A stretch of 64,000 nucleotides of DNA from Octopus sinensis (Eukaryota). This document shows, in pieces, positions 49,690 to 63,591 of the stretch (the stretch's first letter is position 1; every line of letters begins with the position of its first letter). The notes beneath the pieces are model-generated. The model was not told the origin of the DNA, searched no databases, and saw only the letters and a list, made by a program, of their open reading frames with translations. The stretch spans positions 15,128,001-15,192,000 of the forward strand of contig NC_042999.1 of assembly GCF_006345805.1 (NCBI RefSeq). Reading direction: 5' to 3'. The position numbers were made by a program, and so were the translations under genes.

Positions 49690-52600
49690 ATTGAACTTCT
49701 CAACCAAAGAGTATATTTATATGAAATTGACAGGGCTATTAGACAAAAGAAACAGGCTTGAAGGCCTGGAAGAACGGTGGGTAGTAGGGAAGTGTATCGT
49801 CTGCCAGAAGGGAAGCCAGGAGACAGGTCTATCTAGCCAGGGGAAGCAGAGAAGGAAAAATTTGCCAATGTCCTGCGTCGTGAGGATGAAAGAACTTGAG
49901 GTATTTCGTGTTGCAGACAGTGTGTGAGAGAGAATCGTGACGTGGTAGGAGAGAAATGTGTTCGCAAGGGGAACGTTTCACTTGCAACTTAATGAGGGTG
50001 CAAAGAGAGAGACTTGGAGACGCCACTATGATAGGTTTGCTGAATGAAGAAAATGAATGGGATAAAGAGGTCTGCCGAATGTCGACCCACAGAGGGACCA
50101 GCAATCCGAGTTAACAGTTCCTTAGTAGATAAGGCAATTAGAAGCATGAAAACAGGGAAAGCCCCAGGCCCATCAGGAATTACTGCGAGATGCTCAAAAT
50201 ATCTGGTGGTGTCGGCTATAGCTTAGTCACCCGTATAGTTAACCAGGTGATACACGGGGGTCATACCCAATGACTGGTGTAGCAGCATAATAGTCAAACT
50301 GCTACAAAGGTAAAGGCGACGCCCTAGAGACAATAACTACAGGGGCATCAGCTGCTGGATCAGGTAATGAAGGTTACGGAGAGGGTTGTAGCCGACTAAT
50401 TAGAGAGAGTTACCTTAGATGATAATGCAGTTGGGTTCGTGCCAGGGAAAAGTACTACTGATGCTATATTCCTGGTAAGACAGCTGCAGAGAAATACCTA
50501 GCCAAAGATAAGCCCTTGTACCCTGCTTTTGTTGACTTGGAGAAAGCCTTTGACAGGGTCCCCCGGTCCCTTATCTGGTGGTCAATGAGGAAACTAGGGA
50601 AGAAGAATGGTTGGTGAGAGCTGTGGCAAGCCATGTACAGAGACGCTGCCTAGTAAGGTGAGGGTGGGCAACGAGTACAGTGAAGAATTCCGGGTAGAGG
50701 TTGGGGTTCCACCAAGGATTTCAGTATCCTCAGTCCCCTCCTATTTATCATAGTCCTCCAGGCAATACGGAGGAATTCAAGACAGGTTGCCCCCTGGGAG
50801 CTCCTCTATGCTGATGACCTTGCTCTAATTGCTGAGTCTATCAGATCAGAACTGGATGAGAATTTCCAGGTGTGGAAACAAGGATTAGAATCGAAGGGCT
50901 TAGAATCAACCTAGCCAAAACCAAAGTTCTAATAGTAGGAAGGTAGATCAATCACAAACGCCTTCAGGTATATGGCCCTGCTCGATCTGTAAAAAGGTGT
51001 AGGTAGAAACTCCTAATAAGATGCCCAAGTGTAAGCTATGGACACATAAGAGGTCAGCAATGTCAAAGGAAGGCTAACTAGGAAATAGTTTTTGTCTGTG
51101 GCAATGCTCATGAGCAATAAACACTGGAATGGCAAGACCAACTTCTGCCACGTTCCAGGGAGACAAACTAGAAGTAGTTGATAGCTTCCGCTACCTAGGA
51201 GACCAGTCATAGCGGGGGGTGGGTGGCTGAAATGTAACTGCTAGAGTAATAATAGCCTGGGCAAATTTTAAGAGCTCTTAACCCCTGCTGGTGACAAAGG
51301 CCTCTCGCTCAGAGTAAAAGGCAGACTGTATGATGCATGTGTACGTACAGCCATGCTACAGGGTAGTGAAACATGGCCGTGACGGCTGAGGATATGCGTA
51401 GCTCGCAAGAAATGAAGCCAGTATGCTCCGATGGATGTGTAATGTCAGTGTTCATAATCGTCAGAGTGTAAGTTCCTTGATAGAGAAAAGCTGAACCTAA
51501 GAAGCGTCAGTTTGGCGTGCAAGAGAGACGGCTGCGCTGGTATGGTCATGTGAAAGAAAGGCTGAAGATATTGTGGTGCAAAAGTGCTACACCCTAGCAG
51601 TGGAGGGAACCTGTGGAAGAGGTAGACCCAGGAAAACCTGGGACGAGGTGGTGAAGCACGACCTTCGAACTTTAGGTCTCACTAAGGAAATGTCTAGAGA
51701 CCGAGACCAATGGAAGTATGCTGTGCATGAGAAGACCCGCAAGACTAGTCAGGCCATAACCCGTGGCCCCCGACCTGGGACCGTATCCGTCCTGTGCATA
51801 CCTTCCTTCTTGTGACACTTATGAAGACCTGTTGAGGCAAGTGAAATCAATCAAATCAAAACAATCAAAAGATGAACATCAGTGGAATTGTATTCTTGTG
51901 GTACCAGTGCCGGTGGCACACAAGAAAACCACCCAAACGTGGCCGTAACCAGTACCCAGTGACCGCATCGACTGGCCTCCGTGCTGTGGGCAACAACAAC
52001 ACACCCATCCGATCGTGGCCGTTCGCCAGCCTCATCTGGCACCTGTGCCGGTGGCACATAAAGACACCATCCGAAGACCCGGCGACGTAGTCAGTCCACC
52101 TGTGCATACCTTCCCTCTTATGACACTTGTGAAGACCTGTTGAGGCAAGTGTGTGACCACTTGTGAAGACCTGTTTGAGGCAAGTGAAAATCAAACCAAT
52201 CAAATAGATGAATATCAATGAATTTATATCTTTGTGGTTCCAGTACCGGTGGCACACCAGAAAACCATCCGAAGTGGCCGTAGCTGGTACCGAAGCATCG
52301 ACTGGCCTCCGTGCTGTGGCACAACAACACCATCTGATCGTGGCCGTTCGCCAGCCCACCTGGCACCTTGTGTCGGTGGCACATAAAACACACCATCCAA
52401 AGACCCGCGACGTAGTCAGTCCACCTTGCATACCTTCCCTCTTATGACTTGTGAAGACCTGTTGAGGCAGAGGCAGTGTGTGACACTTTGTGAAGACCTG
52501 TTGAGGCAGAGGCAAGTGGTGTGACACTTGTGGAGACCTGTTGAGGCAAGTGTGTGACACGCGTGCCACTTGTGAAGACCTGTTGAGGCAAGTGAAAATC

Positions 52601-53145
52601 AACCCAATCAAATAGATGAACATCAATGGATTTGTATCTTGTGGTTCCAGTACCGGTGGCACACAAGAAAACCATCCGATCGTGGCCGTTCGCCAGCCAC
52701 ATCTGGCACCTGTGTCGGTGGCACATAAAGACCATCCGAGCGTGGCCGTCTGCCAGCCTCGTCTGGCACCTGTGGTCGGTGGCACATAAAAACACATCCG
52801 AGCGTGGCCGTCTGCCAGCCTCATCTGGCACACCTGTGTCGGTGGCACATAAAAACACCCATCCGAGCGTGGCCTCTGCCAGCCTCGTCTGGCACCTGTG
52901 TCGGTGGCACATAAAAAAAACCTCCGAGCGTGGCCGTTCGCCAGCCTCGTCTGGCACCTGTGGTCGGTGGCACATAAAATCACCCACTACACTCTCGGAG
53001 TGTTTGGCGTTAGGAAGGGCATCCAGCTGTAGAAACACGCCAGAATCTGACTGGCCTGGTGCAGCCTTCGGGCTCCCAGACCCCAGTTGAACCGTCCAAC
53101 CCATGCTAGCATGAAAACGGACGCTAATGATGAGAGATGATGATG
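49690..53145 (+). mobile_element. 5'-truncated RTE-clade LINE: RT region plus a long, internally repetitive 3' UTR ending in (GAT)n
   Basis: KTGKAPGPSGIT, FVDLEKAFDRVP (50528-50563), WELLYADDLALIAE (YADD 50807-50818), GRGRPRKTWDEVV; many 1-bp indels. Confidence 0.9.
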
Positions 53146-53902
53146 AATGATATGCATCATCATCATCATCATCATCATCATTGGTTTTCTTGTCAGTGTC
53201 TTCATCATCTTCATCAATACCATATGTGTGTATGTATGTATGTATGTATTTATGTATGTATGTATGTATGTATGTATGTATGTGTGTTTGTCTATATATG
53301 TATGAATGTATGTATGTATGTATGTATGCATGTATGCACGTATGTATGTATGTATGTGTTTATGTATGTATGCATGTGTGATTGTCTATGTATGTATGTG
53401 TGTGTATGAATGTATGTATATGAATGTATGTGTATGTATGTATGAATGTATGTGTGTGTATGTATGTATGCATTTGTGTTTGTGTATGTATGTGTGTATA
53501 TGTATGTTTTTATGTTTTTCTATGTATGTATGTGTGTTTGTTTATGTATGTATGTATGTATGTATGTATGTACGTATGTGTGTATGTATGTATGTTTCGC
53601 TTTGTTGAAATTCATGGCTTTATTGTTATTTTTATAACTACATGTCACAACTGAACGCAGTGTATGAGTGTGTACACACACACACACACACACACCATAC
53701 TTATATATATGTATACATGTATGTATGCTTGCACATATCCCGCTGTGACACATAACTATAAAACAGCAATAAAGCATGAATATCAGAAGTACATACAAGA
53801 ATACACATGTACTTATATACATACATATATAATATACAAAAAGTTCATAGCTTTTATCATGGTTTTATTGCAAAAAGGTGGGATGTGTAAATGTACCTGC
53901 AT

Positions 53903-53963
<61 letters not shown>

Positions 53964-54677
53964 TGTGTGTTTCTTTGAGATTTATTTTTTTTATTTGTAG
54001 AATTTATAGCGGTCAAAATGCGGTCAAATCTTTTACTTGCTTTTGAGGTCAAGGGAATTGTAGGAATTAATGCGTGAGTTAGTGTTTACATATGTGTAGA
54101 TATATATATATATGCATATCGTGCCGATGGCACATAAATGGCACCATTCGAGCTTGATTGATACCAGTGCCACCTGACTGGCCACTGTGCTGGTGGCACA
54201 TAAAAAGCGCCGACTACACTCTCAAAGGAAGGCATTCAGTTGTAGAAACCTTGCCAGATCAGATTGAGGCCTGGTGCAGCCTCCTGGCTTCCCAGACCCC
54301 AGTCGAACCATCCAACCCATGCCAGCATGGGAAGTGGATGTTGAACAATAATGATAATGATGATGATGATATACTTATATACACATTTCATTGACAATGT
54401 AGCGTGTATGATTTGACTTATGTAAATGTGCATATATTTGTTTGTATATTTGTATATGTATGTATGTACATATATGTAAATGTTTGTATGCATATGTATG
54501 TATATATGTATGGGCAACTGTCAGATATTGCTTCAGCTAATAAGGGGGCAGTAGACTCCCTTGTTCATAATATACAGACACAATGGTATATGTGCAAGCA
54601 TACATACTGGTAGTAGCAGCAGTGACAGTTGGCAAATAGACTTTCCTATATGTATATATATATATATATAGACATGT

Positions 54678-54734
<57 letters not shown>

Positions 54735-55879
54735 TGAAAGAGTTGGTGTGTGTAAGCACGTGGTTGGATGTATAAAAAAATAAAAAAGAGTGAAAAAACT
54801 ACACAAGGCTTGTGTTATAAGGTTAAAGAATATATTTAAGTCATTATGTTAGAAAAATGTTATAAAATTTTAGTACTTTTCTGTAGTTTTTTTTCACTCT
54901 TTTTTATTTTATATATATATATATGTATGTATGTATGTATATGTATACATGTATGTACAAATGTATGCACATACATATGTGCAGATATACACATTGGCTC
55001 AGGCCTCCATGGCATTGCATATGTGGATCTTATAACATACTGAACTTTCTGAATGTTTTATATATTTTGATTGTGCCTTTGACAATTTATACCTTTAATC
55101 TTCTGAGTAGGCATGTTCTTTCTGGTTTTCTTAATCTCCGCTTCTCAGAATTGATACTAAGACAGTTACTGATGTAGCCAAATGCTCCAATTTCCAAAAA
55201 ATCTTTAATCATTATCCAAAATGGAACAACTGTAGCTTTCTCATCAGTTCACTGTAGATCATCAATGGCTATTTATCCAGTTAATGAGGTCTCACTGAAT
55301 GCTATCAGAGGAATACTCGAACGAAAAAAAGAAAAAATTAAGAATTGTTTCATTGCTGAGTGGGTTCTTTGTAAATTTAATTGTTTTTGCAATAGTGTGT
55401 GTGAGAGTGTGTGCGTGTGTATGTGTTTTATCTTGACCGTAAAAAAAGCTGTTTATGAATATGTATACTCTTACAGTCATAAATATATTTATTTTTATTG
55501 ATATTCTTGCAATGACTCTATGTGGTTGAAAACAACAAAATTTTAAATATCTTGTGTCTTGAAAGAATGTCATACAGTGTCATCTTTGTTTTGTTCTTTT
55601 TTCTTATTATTTGCATTAATGTATTTGAAATTTATGCAAATATAACTGGAATTTTATTTTCTACTAAATACAATTTTTTACTTACATCAAAAGCATTTTT
55701 GTTTGTTACATTTATTTTTACTCTCATTCCCTATAACCTTGTGACTATAATATCCTGATTCTTCATATTATTCCATATATATGGCAGAATCAGGAATTAA
55801 TTAAAATCATAACAATACTAATTAATAGCTAATTTTATTTTGCACTGTTTTTGAATATATTTTTCTTTCCTTGATATAG

Positions 55880-56119
55880 TCTAGCGATTCTCAGGAAGAT
55901 CAATGCCAGGTACAAACAATATCAGGTAGACATGTCAGCCACAATCAGTTCGGTTCCTATTCAAAGACACCAAATACTCGTCCTGGTATTTTGAAGACTC
56001 CATCCCACTCCATCAGTTCAGTGGACTCTGGCAAAGACAGCATCAAGACAACATCGTTTTCTGATGACATTTCAATTAGAACTATATCTTCAAAAGTTTC
56101 ATATGAATCTTCCGTTTGA
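55880..56119 (+). CDS. Probable terminal SLC5 exon: Ser-rich cytoplasmic tail SSDSQEDQCQ...SKVSYESSV*
   Basis: Pyrimidine tract plus tag acceptor; 80 open codons in the required phase 0; non-repetitive sequence; ends in a class I PDZ-type motif. Additional small exons in the 15.8-kb intron cannot be excluded. Confidence 0.75.
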   Translation, partial: SSDSQEDQCQVQTISGRHVSHNQFGSYSKTPNTRPGILKTPSHSISSVDSGKDSIKTTSFSDDISIRTISSKVSYESSV

Positions 56120-56622
56120 TATCTATGACAATAGATCTGCTGACATTTGTGGCTTTGTCTGTTGGATTATGTATGTATGATTGTATGTATACATGTGTAT
56201 AGTATGCTTGCATGCATGTGTGTACGAATGTATGTATGACTTACTACAACTATAAAGTGCAAATTTTATCGTTCCCTTTTTAACATTCCTCATTATATAT
56301 AAGCATTGCGCATGCTTGATAATTTGTCTTAATTAATGCTATTTTTATTATTATTATTATTATTTTTTTTTTATTGCTTGGTCTTAAAGCAATGGCCATG
56401 CTCAAGATGCTTCACAGACTCTTCAAGCCTGCATTGGTTGATGCTAAATATGGTGTGGTTTTAAGTTTGTATCTGTACGAATCTATACACCCATCTCTTT
56501 ACATATGTGTGTATGTATATATGTGTGTATGTATGTATGCATGCATGTATGTATATATATATATATATATAATATATATATATATATTATATATATATAT
56601 TTATATATATATATATATATAT

Positions 56623-56655
<33 letters not shown>

Positions 56656-57063
56656 CAGATAGAGAGATATAGGTATACTTGCATATACATATATGTATGG
56701 TCATTATCATTTAATTTTGCCCTCTATACTTCGATATGTTGGGACAATATTACACTCTAATGTCTACTTTTACACGGGTTCAGTGTTTTTTTTATGATGG
56801 GTTCTTTTCCCAACGTCATACATACACACACACACACATCTAACTATCTATCTATCTATATGTATGCATATATATATATATATGTATGTATGTATGCATG
56901 GATGTATGTATGTATGTATGTATGGATGGATGTATCTATGATCATTAGTAAATAGAACTCCCTATGAGTCACCTTGGGTAATGTGCAAGAAACGGAAACC
57001 CAGGGCAATGAAAGAATGAAACCTCATTTTCTAAGCTGTCAGTGGATATATATATATATATAC

Positions 57064-57615
57064 ATAATATAAATAATATATAAATATATGCATATATACA
57101 TACATATATGTACATACCTACATATATATGTATATATACATGCATACATGGGTACAGGACATAAAAAAAAAACGTTAAACACAATGAGAAACGAAAACAT
57201 GGAAACAAAAACATGAAAACAAAAATATTGAAAACAAAAATTTTTTCGAACAATAAAAAAAACAAATAGAGAAACAAGACATGCAACATAAAGAATATTC
57301 CCCTTCATCAGTTGTCCCCTGTTTCATCTACTTTGCTTTTCGAAGGCAAGGATAAAGACACAAGAGTAGATGAAACAGGGACAACTGATGAAGGGGAATA
57401 TTCTTTATGTTGCATGTCTCGTTTCCCTGTATATCTTTTCATTGCTCGAAAAAGAGTTCGTTTTCTATGTTTTCGTTTATATGTTTTCATTTATCATTTT
57501 GTTCAACGTTTTTTTGATGTCCTGTACCCATATATGCATGTATATATACATATATATGTAGGTATGTACATATATGTATGTATATATGCATATATTTATA
57601 TATTATTTATATTAT
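57064..57615. repeat. Imperfect palindrome, ~260-bp arms, 32-nt spacer
   Basis: Inner arms agaatattccccttcatcagttgtcccctgtttcatctact / agtagatgaaacagggacaactgatgaaggggaatattct. Confidence 0.9.
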
Positions 57616-57649
57616 TATATAATCGAATGCCATGCATCCTTTTCCAAGT

Positions 57650-58040
<391 letters not shown>

Positions 58041-58708
58041 ATCTTTCAGCTTACACTGGTTTCAGCAGGAGACTGAAGCCATGTTGGAGCACTGACTTTC
58101 AGTGTTTGAGCTTCTGTACTGATGGCATTATACACCACTGGTCTCAATGTGCTTCCAATTCTGCCTTGATTGCAACATTCTCTTCTGTTTTGACCTAAAT
58201 TGCTTAACCAAATTGTCTTCCCATTGTCATATCTATATGTGTGTGTGTGTGTGTGTTCTCAGGAATTTGAGGTTTCACTGTCCATTGCTCTGAGTTTTAC
58301 ACTTAGCCATTATTCAAATGAAGTAGTGATATATCAAGATAGAGGTACGCTTTTGACACTTGCAAAAAAATGTTAAGTCTGCATCATGTACAGAGTACAC
58401 TGTTCTTCTTTTGTTTCCATACAACGATACAATACACAGCATCTGACAAACAGACAGATACATATACTCTTGTATGTATGTATTTATACGTATATACTTC
58501 GTTTTTGTATCCGATTTGCAAGATTCTTTATGTGAATTTGCATGTTGAAGTAAATAACAGAGTCAACTTCCATCGACAATATTGCAAAAGCAACGAAAAT
58601 TTTGAAAGAAAATAATATATAAATAGTAAATGAGTGGAAATTGAACCAGTGAGTGTGTTAGATAATAAGGCATTAAGACAATATGACTCTCCCCAGACAT
58701 GACGAAAT

Positions 58709-58742
<34 letters not shown>

Positions 58743-58865
58743 AAATTAGGGAGTGTAACTCCAAATTTACAGGGAAAAATTCAATTTAGTATTAAATCAA
58801 ATTTCACAATATAAATATATAATATATATAAATTTGAGAAAAACCACTATTATGTAATTCAAACA

Positions 58866-59070
58866 ATGATAGACATAAACCAAATCATATAGAAAAAATA
58901 AGATATATGATAAAACATATATCTAGATCACAAGAAAAGTACAAAAGTGAATAAACATTATATAATAAGTATGTATTTATTATATAATGATTATTTTTTT
59001 GTACTTTTTTGTGATCTAGATATATGTTTTATAATATATTTTTTCTATATGATATGGTTTGTCTATCATT
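58866..59070. repeat. Imperfect ~200-bp hairpin in a relative of the 21-kb element
   Basis: Upstream ttaggga...ccaaatttacagggaaaaa is shared with ~21130; arms tatctagatcac / gtgatctagata. Confidence 0.75.
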
Positions 59071-59116
59071 CTCTAATTTATATACATACATACATACATA
59101 ACATACACACATACAT

Positions 59117-59149
<33 letters not shown>

Positions 59150-59180
59150 TACATACATACATACATACATACATACATAC

Positions 59181-59550
59181 ATGGTGGCTGCCCCCTCGTT
59201 ATCGAGTATGGCCATTGCACGAAGCTTAATCAATGTTGTTATCGTGCAATGTCTGTGCAAGAAGATTTTTTTAAAGTGAGGAAAGGCTGTGCACTGAGTC
59301 AATCCCACTCACTAAGCAACAGCAGCCATAATCCGAAAAGAAGAACAAGTCAACATCATCGGTAACCACTGAGCCGCAGGTTTTATGTCGGAGTTACCTG
59401 AGTTACCTTCTCCTAGAAGGATGCCCTAACAAAGGCTAGGAGTCCTTCACTCCCAATGGTTTAACCGCGCGATCGGGTATTCAGTCCGATTATTTCTATG
59501 TCCCCGCGCATGATACAGCCTTAAGACATTTATTGGATGGCCGTTGACAT
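59181..59550. mobile_element. Unclassified insertion within (ACAT)n
   Basis: GC-richer complex block with ACAT repeats on both sides. Confidence 0.4.
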
Positions 59551-60601
59551 ACATACATACATACATACATACATACATACATACAGTTATTTCACATGAA
59601 CTGATAGGCATTTGAATTCACACACACACACACACACACACACAGACATGTACATGTGCATACACATACACACCAACCAGTGCCACGTGAAAATACTACC
59701 TTCAGAACTGAATTTTTTCTTTTTGTTCTTTTTATCATGTCTATGTATACCAAAGGGTGCAATGCTTTTGTTGGGTTCTTTAGACTACATATCATCTCAA
59801 GCTGGCCTTTTGCAGATGGCTCTGGTTTGATATGTTAGGGAGAAATACACACACTCATTTAAAAATCTCAGGGAAAACTTTAGTCAACTTTTGTAATCTG
59901 TTTTGGTTGTTGGTTGTACAACCAAAGACCTTCACGTGCCAAAGTGTTGTTGTATAGGTTCCTTATGTGAGAAAAGGAGTTTCATTTTGGTCTCTCCTCT
60001 ATACCAAAGCTTCAAATTTCATCTTCAAAATAATCTTCCACATATATATATAATGACCAGTTGTTCACTTTGGCATTCTTAAGAGTTTAGCAGCACTCTC
60101 ATTAGTTATGCTCTCTGAATTTGCTTATTTATTATCAATACATACATACGTACATAACATACATACATACATACATACATACATACATACATACATACAT
60201 ACGTACGTACGTACGTACGTACATACATACATAAATACATACTTATTTTTTTATTTCCCACAGGGGGCTAAACATAGAGGGGACAAACAAAGGGATTAAG
60301 TCGACCCCAGTGCGTAACTGGTACTTAGTTTATCGATCCCGAAAGGATGAAAGGCAAAGTCGACCTCAGCAAAAATTGAACTCAGAATGTAACAGCAGAT
60401 GAAATACCCCTAAGAATTTCGGCCGACATGCTAACAATACTGCCAGCTTGCCACCCTATACAAACATACATACATACAAACAAAAATACCCTGTTGTTGA
60501 TGTTGAAATTCCAGTGAAGGAACCTTGGATCTAGGTTAGAAACGGGTCCTTTCTCTATTTCAAAAAATCTTGAAATAAATTAAATGACATACATACATAC
60601 G

Positions 60602-60632
<31 letters not shown>

Positions 60633-61227
60633 GTTATCATTTAAATATATGAGCATGTACAGATATGCAACTACATGCTGGCATGGGTTGGACAGTTTAA
60701 CTGGGTTGGCACACTGGAAGGCTGTGCCAGGTTCGCCTGATGTGGCATAGTTTTCGATGGCTAGATGCCCTTCCTAACACTAACCATTCCGAGAGTGTAA
60801 TGGGTGCTTTTACATGCCACCGGCACGGGTGCCATTTGTGTGACACCAGTATTTGCCATGATTGCGATTTTGCTCAGCTTGATGGGTCTTTTACTCAAGT
60901 ATGACATAATGCCAAAGGTCTTGGTCATCGCCTCCGTGAGGGCCAACACACGAAAGAACTCAGGCCACTTAGCTTCCATGAGGCCCAACACTCGAAAGGA
61001 ACTCAGCTGGCTTACCAGTCCTCAGTCAAACCGTCCAACCCATGCTAGCATGGAAAGCAGACGTTAAACGATGATGATTTGTGTGTATATATGTATGTGT
61101 GTGTGTATATATGTATGTTTATATATGTATGTATACATGTGCATATATATATATGTATGTATGTATATATATATAATATATCTATATATATAATATATAT
61201 ATAATATATATATATAGATATGTATGT

Positions 61228-61274
<47 letters not shown>

Positions 61275-61503
61275 TACACACAGACACAGACATACACACA
61301 CTCACACACATGTACTCATTCAAAGCTTCCATTATTGTCATTGCTAAATAGCAAGTGACAGCTATCTTCCCACTTCAAATTGTCTGTGGTATTGTTAGAA
61401 ATCTTCTGTTTGTTCATATCAGGACGTGTGAGAAAGTCTTGTTTTCAATATATTACAGTAGACGCTCAAAACTATGTATGCACACATAGATACACACATC
61501 CCT

Positions 61504-61547
<44 letters not shown>

Positions 61548-62472
61548 CACATATCTGTTACTTATAAATTGTTAAGCAGAGAAGAGGGTGTGTGATCTCA
61601 AAAAATGTACGAGACAGCAATATTGGGTTGATGTGGGAGGTTTTATAAATGTTTATGCTTCATGTAACTGTGGGATTTCATGGGTGTTTCTGAAAGGACT
61701 GGCTACATGAAAAAGTTGTAGAAAGTAGGTCACGGTTCACCAGACAAGCTTAATATTCTTATCTGAAAATAAATTGTATGGTGGTTTGATGCAAGTCCAT
61801 CTTTAACAGTATTACATCAAACCAACAGACAGACCGGTTATATCCACTTAGGAATAATATGTCCATCAGATGACCTCTAACCTACTTTCCACAATCTTTT
61901 TATGAAGCCAATCTCGTCTGGAACTCTCAAAGTTATGTGATTTGTATATCTTTAAAGGAAAATTCTCACAGTTACTTATTCAGGAAGCTGTTTATGTTAG
62001 TTAATTTGATTTAATCTTGCTCCTCAGTTCAAAATTCCTCTAATCATTAACCACTAATGCTTATACACATGTACACACATTCATACACTCATGTGCATGC
62101 ATGAGTGTGTATGTGTGTGTGTATGTGTGTGTGAAGATATATACACACTCATGCACCCACATACAGAAAAACATGTATGTATCTCAAGAAAAGGATCAAA
62201 GGACCTTTCTGAGCCATAGAATCACTACACTTGTTTCCAAGATTCTGTGACATATAAATCCTCCTCTTCCTCGATGGGACACTGGTCAATTGCAGGATTA
62301 CTCAATTTTACCTGCTGATTGGATTGGATATAAAATGAAAAGTCTTGCTCAAGAACACAACGCATCACCTATCTCAGAAATAAAAACCACAATCACCTCC
62401 ACATCCATCTATCTATCTGTCTGTCTGACTGCCAGACTGTCTGTATATCTATCTATTTATCTATATAATGTA

Positions 62473-62539
<67 letters not shown>

Positions 62540-62842
62540 TGTTGGCCTGCTCGCTTAGCCAGCGGGGTGGCGTCATTTGAAGGCTAAAAAAATGCGAAGC
62601 GCATTGTGACCAGCGATGTGTAACAACATCTGATGGCCTGGTTGGTCACGGTGATCACGGTGATATATATACTATGTATGTATGTGTGTGTGTATCTATA
62701 TATATATATATATATATATGTATGTTTTGTTGGTCTTTCAGTCAACTGCACCCCCAACATAATAATGAAGGGGGTTGCAATCTGGGGAGTTAGGTGGCTA
62801 GATGTAATGGGTGATGTGGTCACAGAAATTGTCTGACAGCCA

Positions 62843-63075
62843 TTACTGGATTCTCTTGCTTATGTGGCATGGTGCAGAGTCCTGTTGCCAGACATAGGGT
62901 CTTCCAGCAACCACTGTCTTGACCCAGGGCAACACTACCTCCTCCAGGCATTTGATGTAGGCCTCTGTGTTGAGTCTGAGGCCATATGGGAAGATGAATG
63001 GAGGAATAACGTCACCATCACTAGTGATTACTCCAAACACCATGATGTTGACTGGATGTTTGATTTTTATCACTC
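62843..63075 (-). pseudogene. Tc1/mariner transposase catalytic-domain relic
   Basis: KHPVNIMVFGVITSDGDVIPPFIF...YVWQQDSAPCH. Confidence 0.82.
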
Positions 63076-63419
63076 TCCGTACATCTCTTCAGATTGCACT
63101 GTCCTAAGATTGACACACAAAGACTGAAATTGTTCACATTGGAGCTACTGGTGTGAATACCAAACAGTACAGCATGTCATTTCCAAATTTATGGCAGAGT
63201 GAATTGTTGGTTTTTTTCATAGACAGTGCCCAACTGACCCTACTATGCTGTGTAGTCAACAATATATAAAACAAACAATGGGCATGTGCAAAATTAAGAA
63301 TATAAATTGGCGACTATTTACCTTTCACATCCTGTATATGTATGTATGGTGACCGCGTGCGTACTTTTGGCGATTTTTTTCCCTCCGTCTTCCCTTCCTT
63401 GGATCTTTCCTTTTCCTAT

Positions 63420-63454
63420 GTTTCTGACGAACAGCTCCGCTTGAAACGTTAAAT
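63420..63454 (+). ncRNA. Degenerate hammerhead motif in a dispersed repeat (second copy 30349-30383)
   Basis: gttt-CTGACGA-a-cagc(tcc)gctt-GAAA-cg-TT/aaat. The 30.35-kb copy reads gttt-CTGATGA-a-gagc(tcc)actc-aAAA-cg-TT/aaat. The two copies are damaged at different positions. Confidence 0.5.
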
Positions 63455-63541
63455 TCTCCTTCTTTCTTTCCTTTCCTGAGCATCCAATGACACTATACTT
63501 GTTCCACATCCCCGCTTTGTTGTGTTTTCATGTTTGGATTA

Positions 63542-63591
<50 letters not shown>

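Larger units (their letters stand above)
1567..56119 (+). other. Multi-exon gene, 5'-partial: sodium-coupled monocarboxylate transporter-like (SLC5/SSS family, SLC5A8/SLC5A12-like)
   Basis: 12 AG/GT-bounded exons (68,155,141,130,89,116,68,87,173,101,119,240 nt) join in one frame and end in TGA. SSS motifs: [68 protein letters not shown]. The exact orthologue cannot be assigned without a phylogeny. Confidence 0.95.

Noticed and set aside
52125-52190. ttgtgaagacctgttgaggcaagtgaaa as a hammerhead
   Set aside because: There is a small cct/agg hairpin, but no GAAA directly after it and no stem I/III geometry.
51865-53104. 372-aa and 220-aa minus-strand ORFs
   Set aside because: They are antisense readings of the GC-richer repetitive RTE 3' UTR, and the peptide repeats mirror the DNA subunits.
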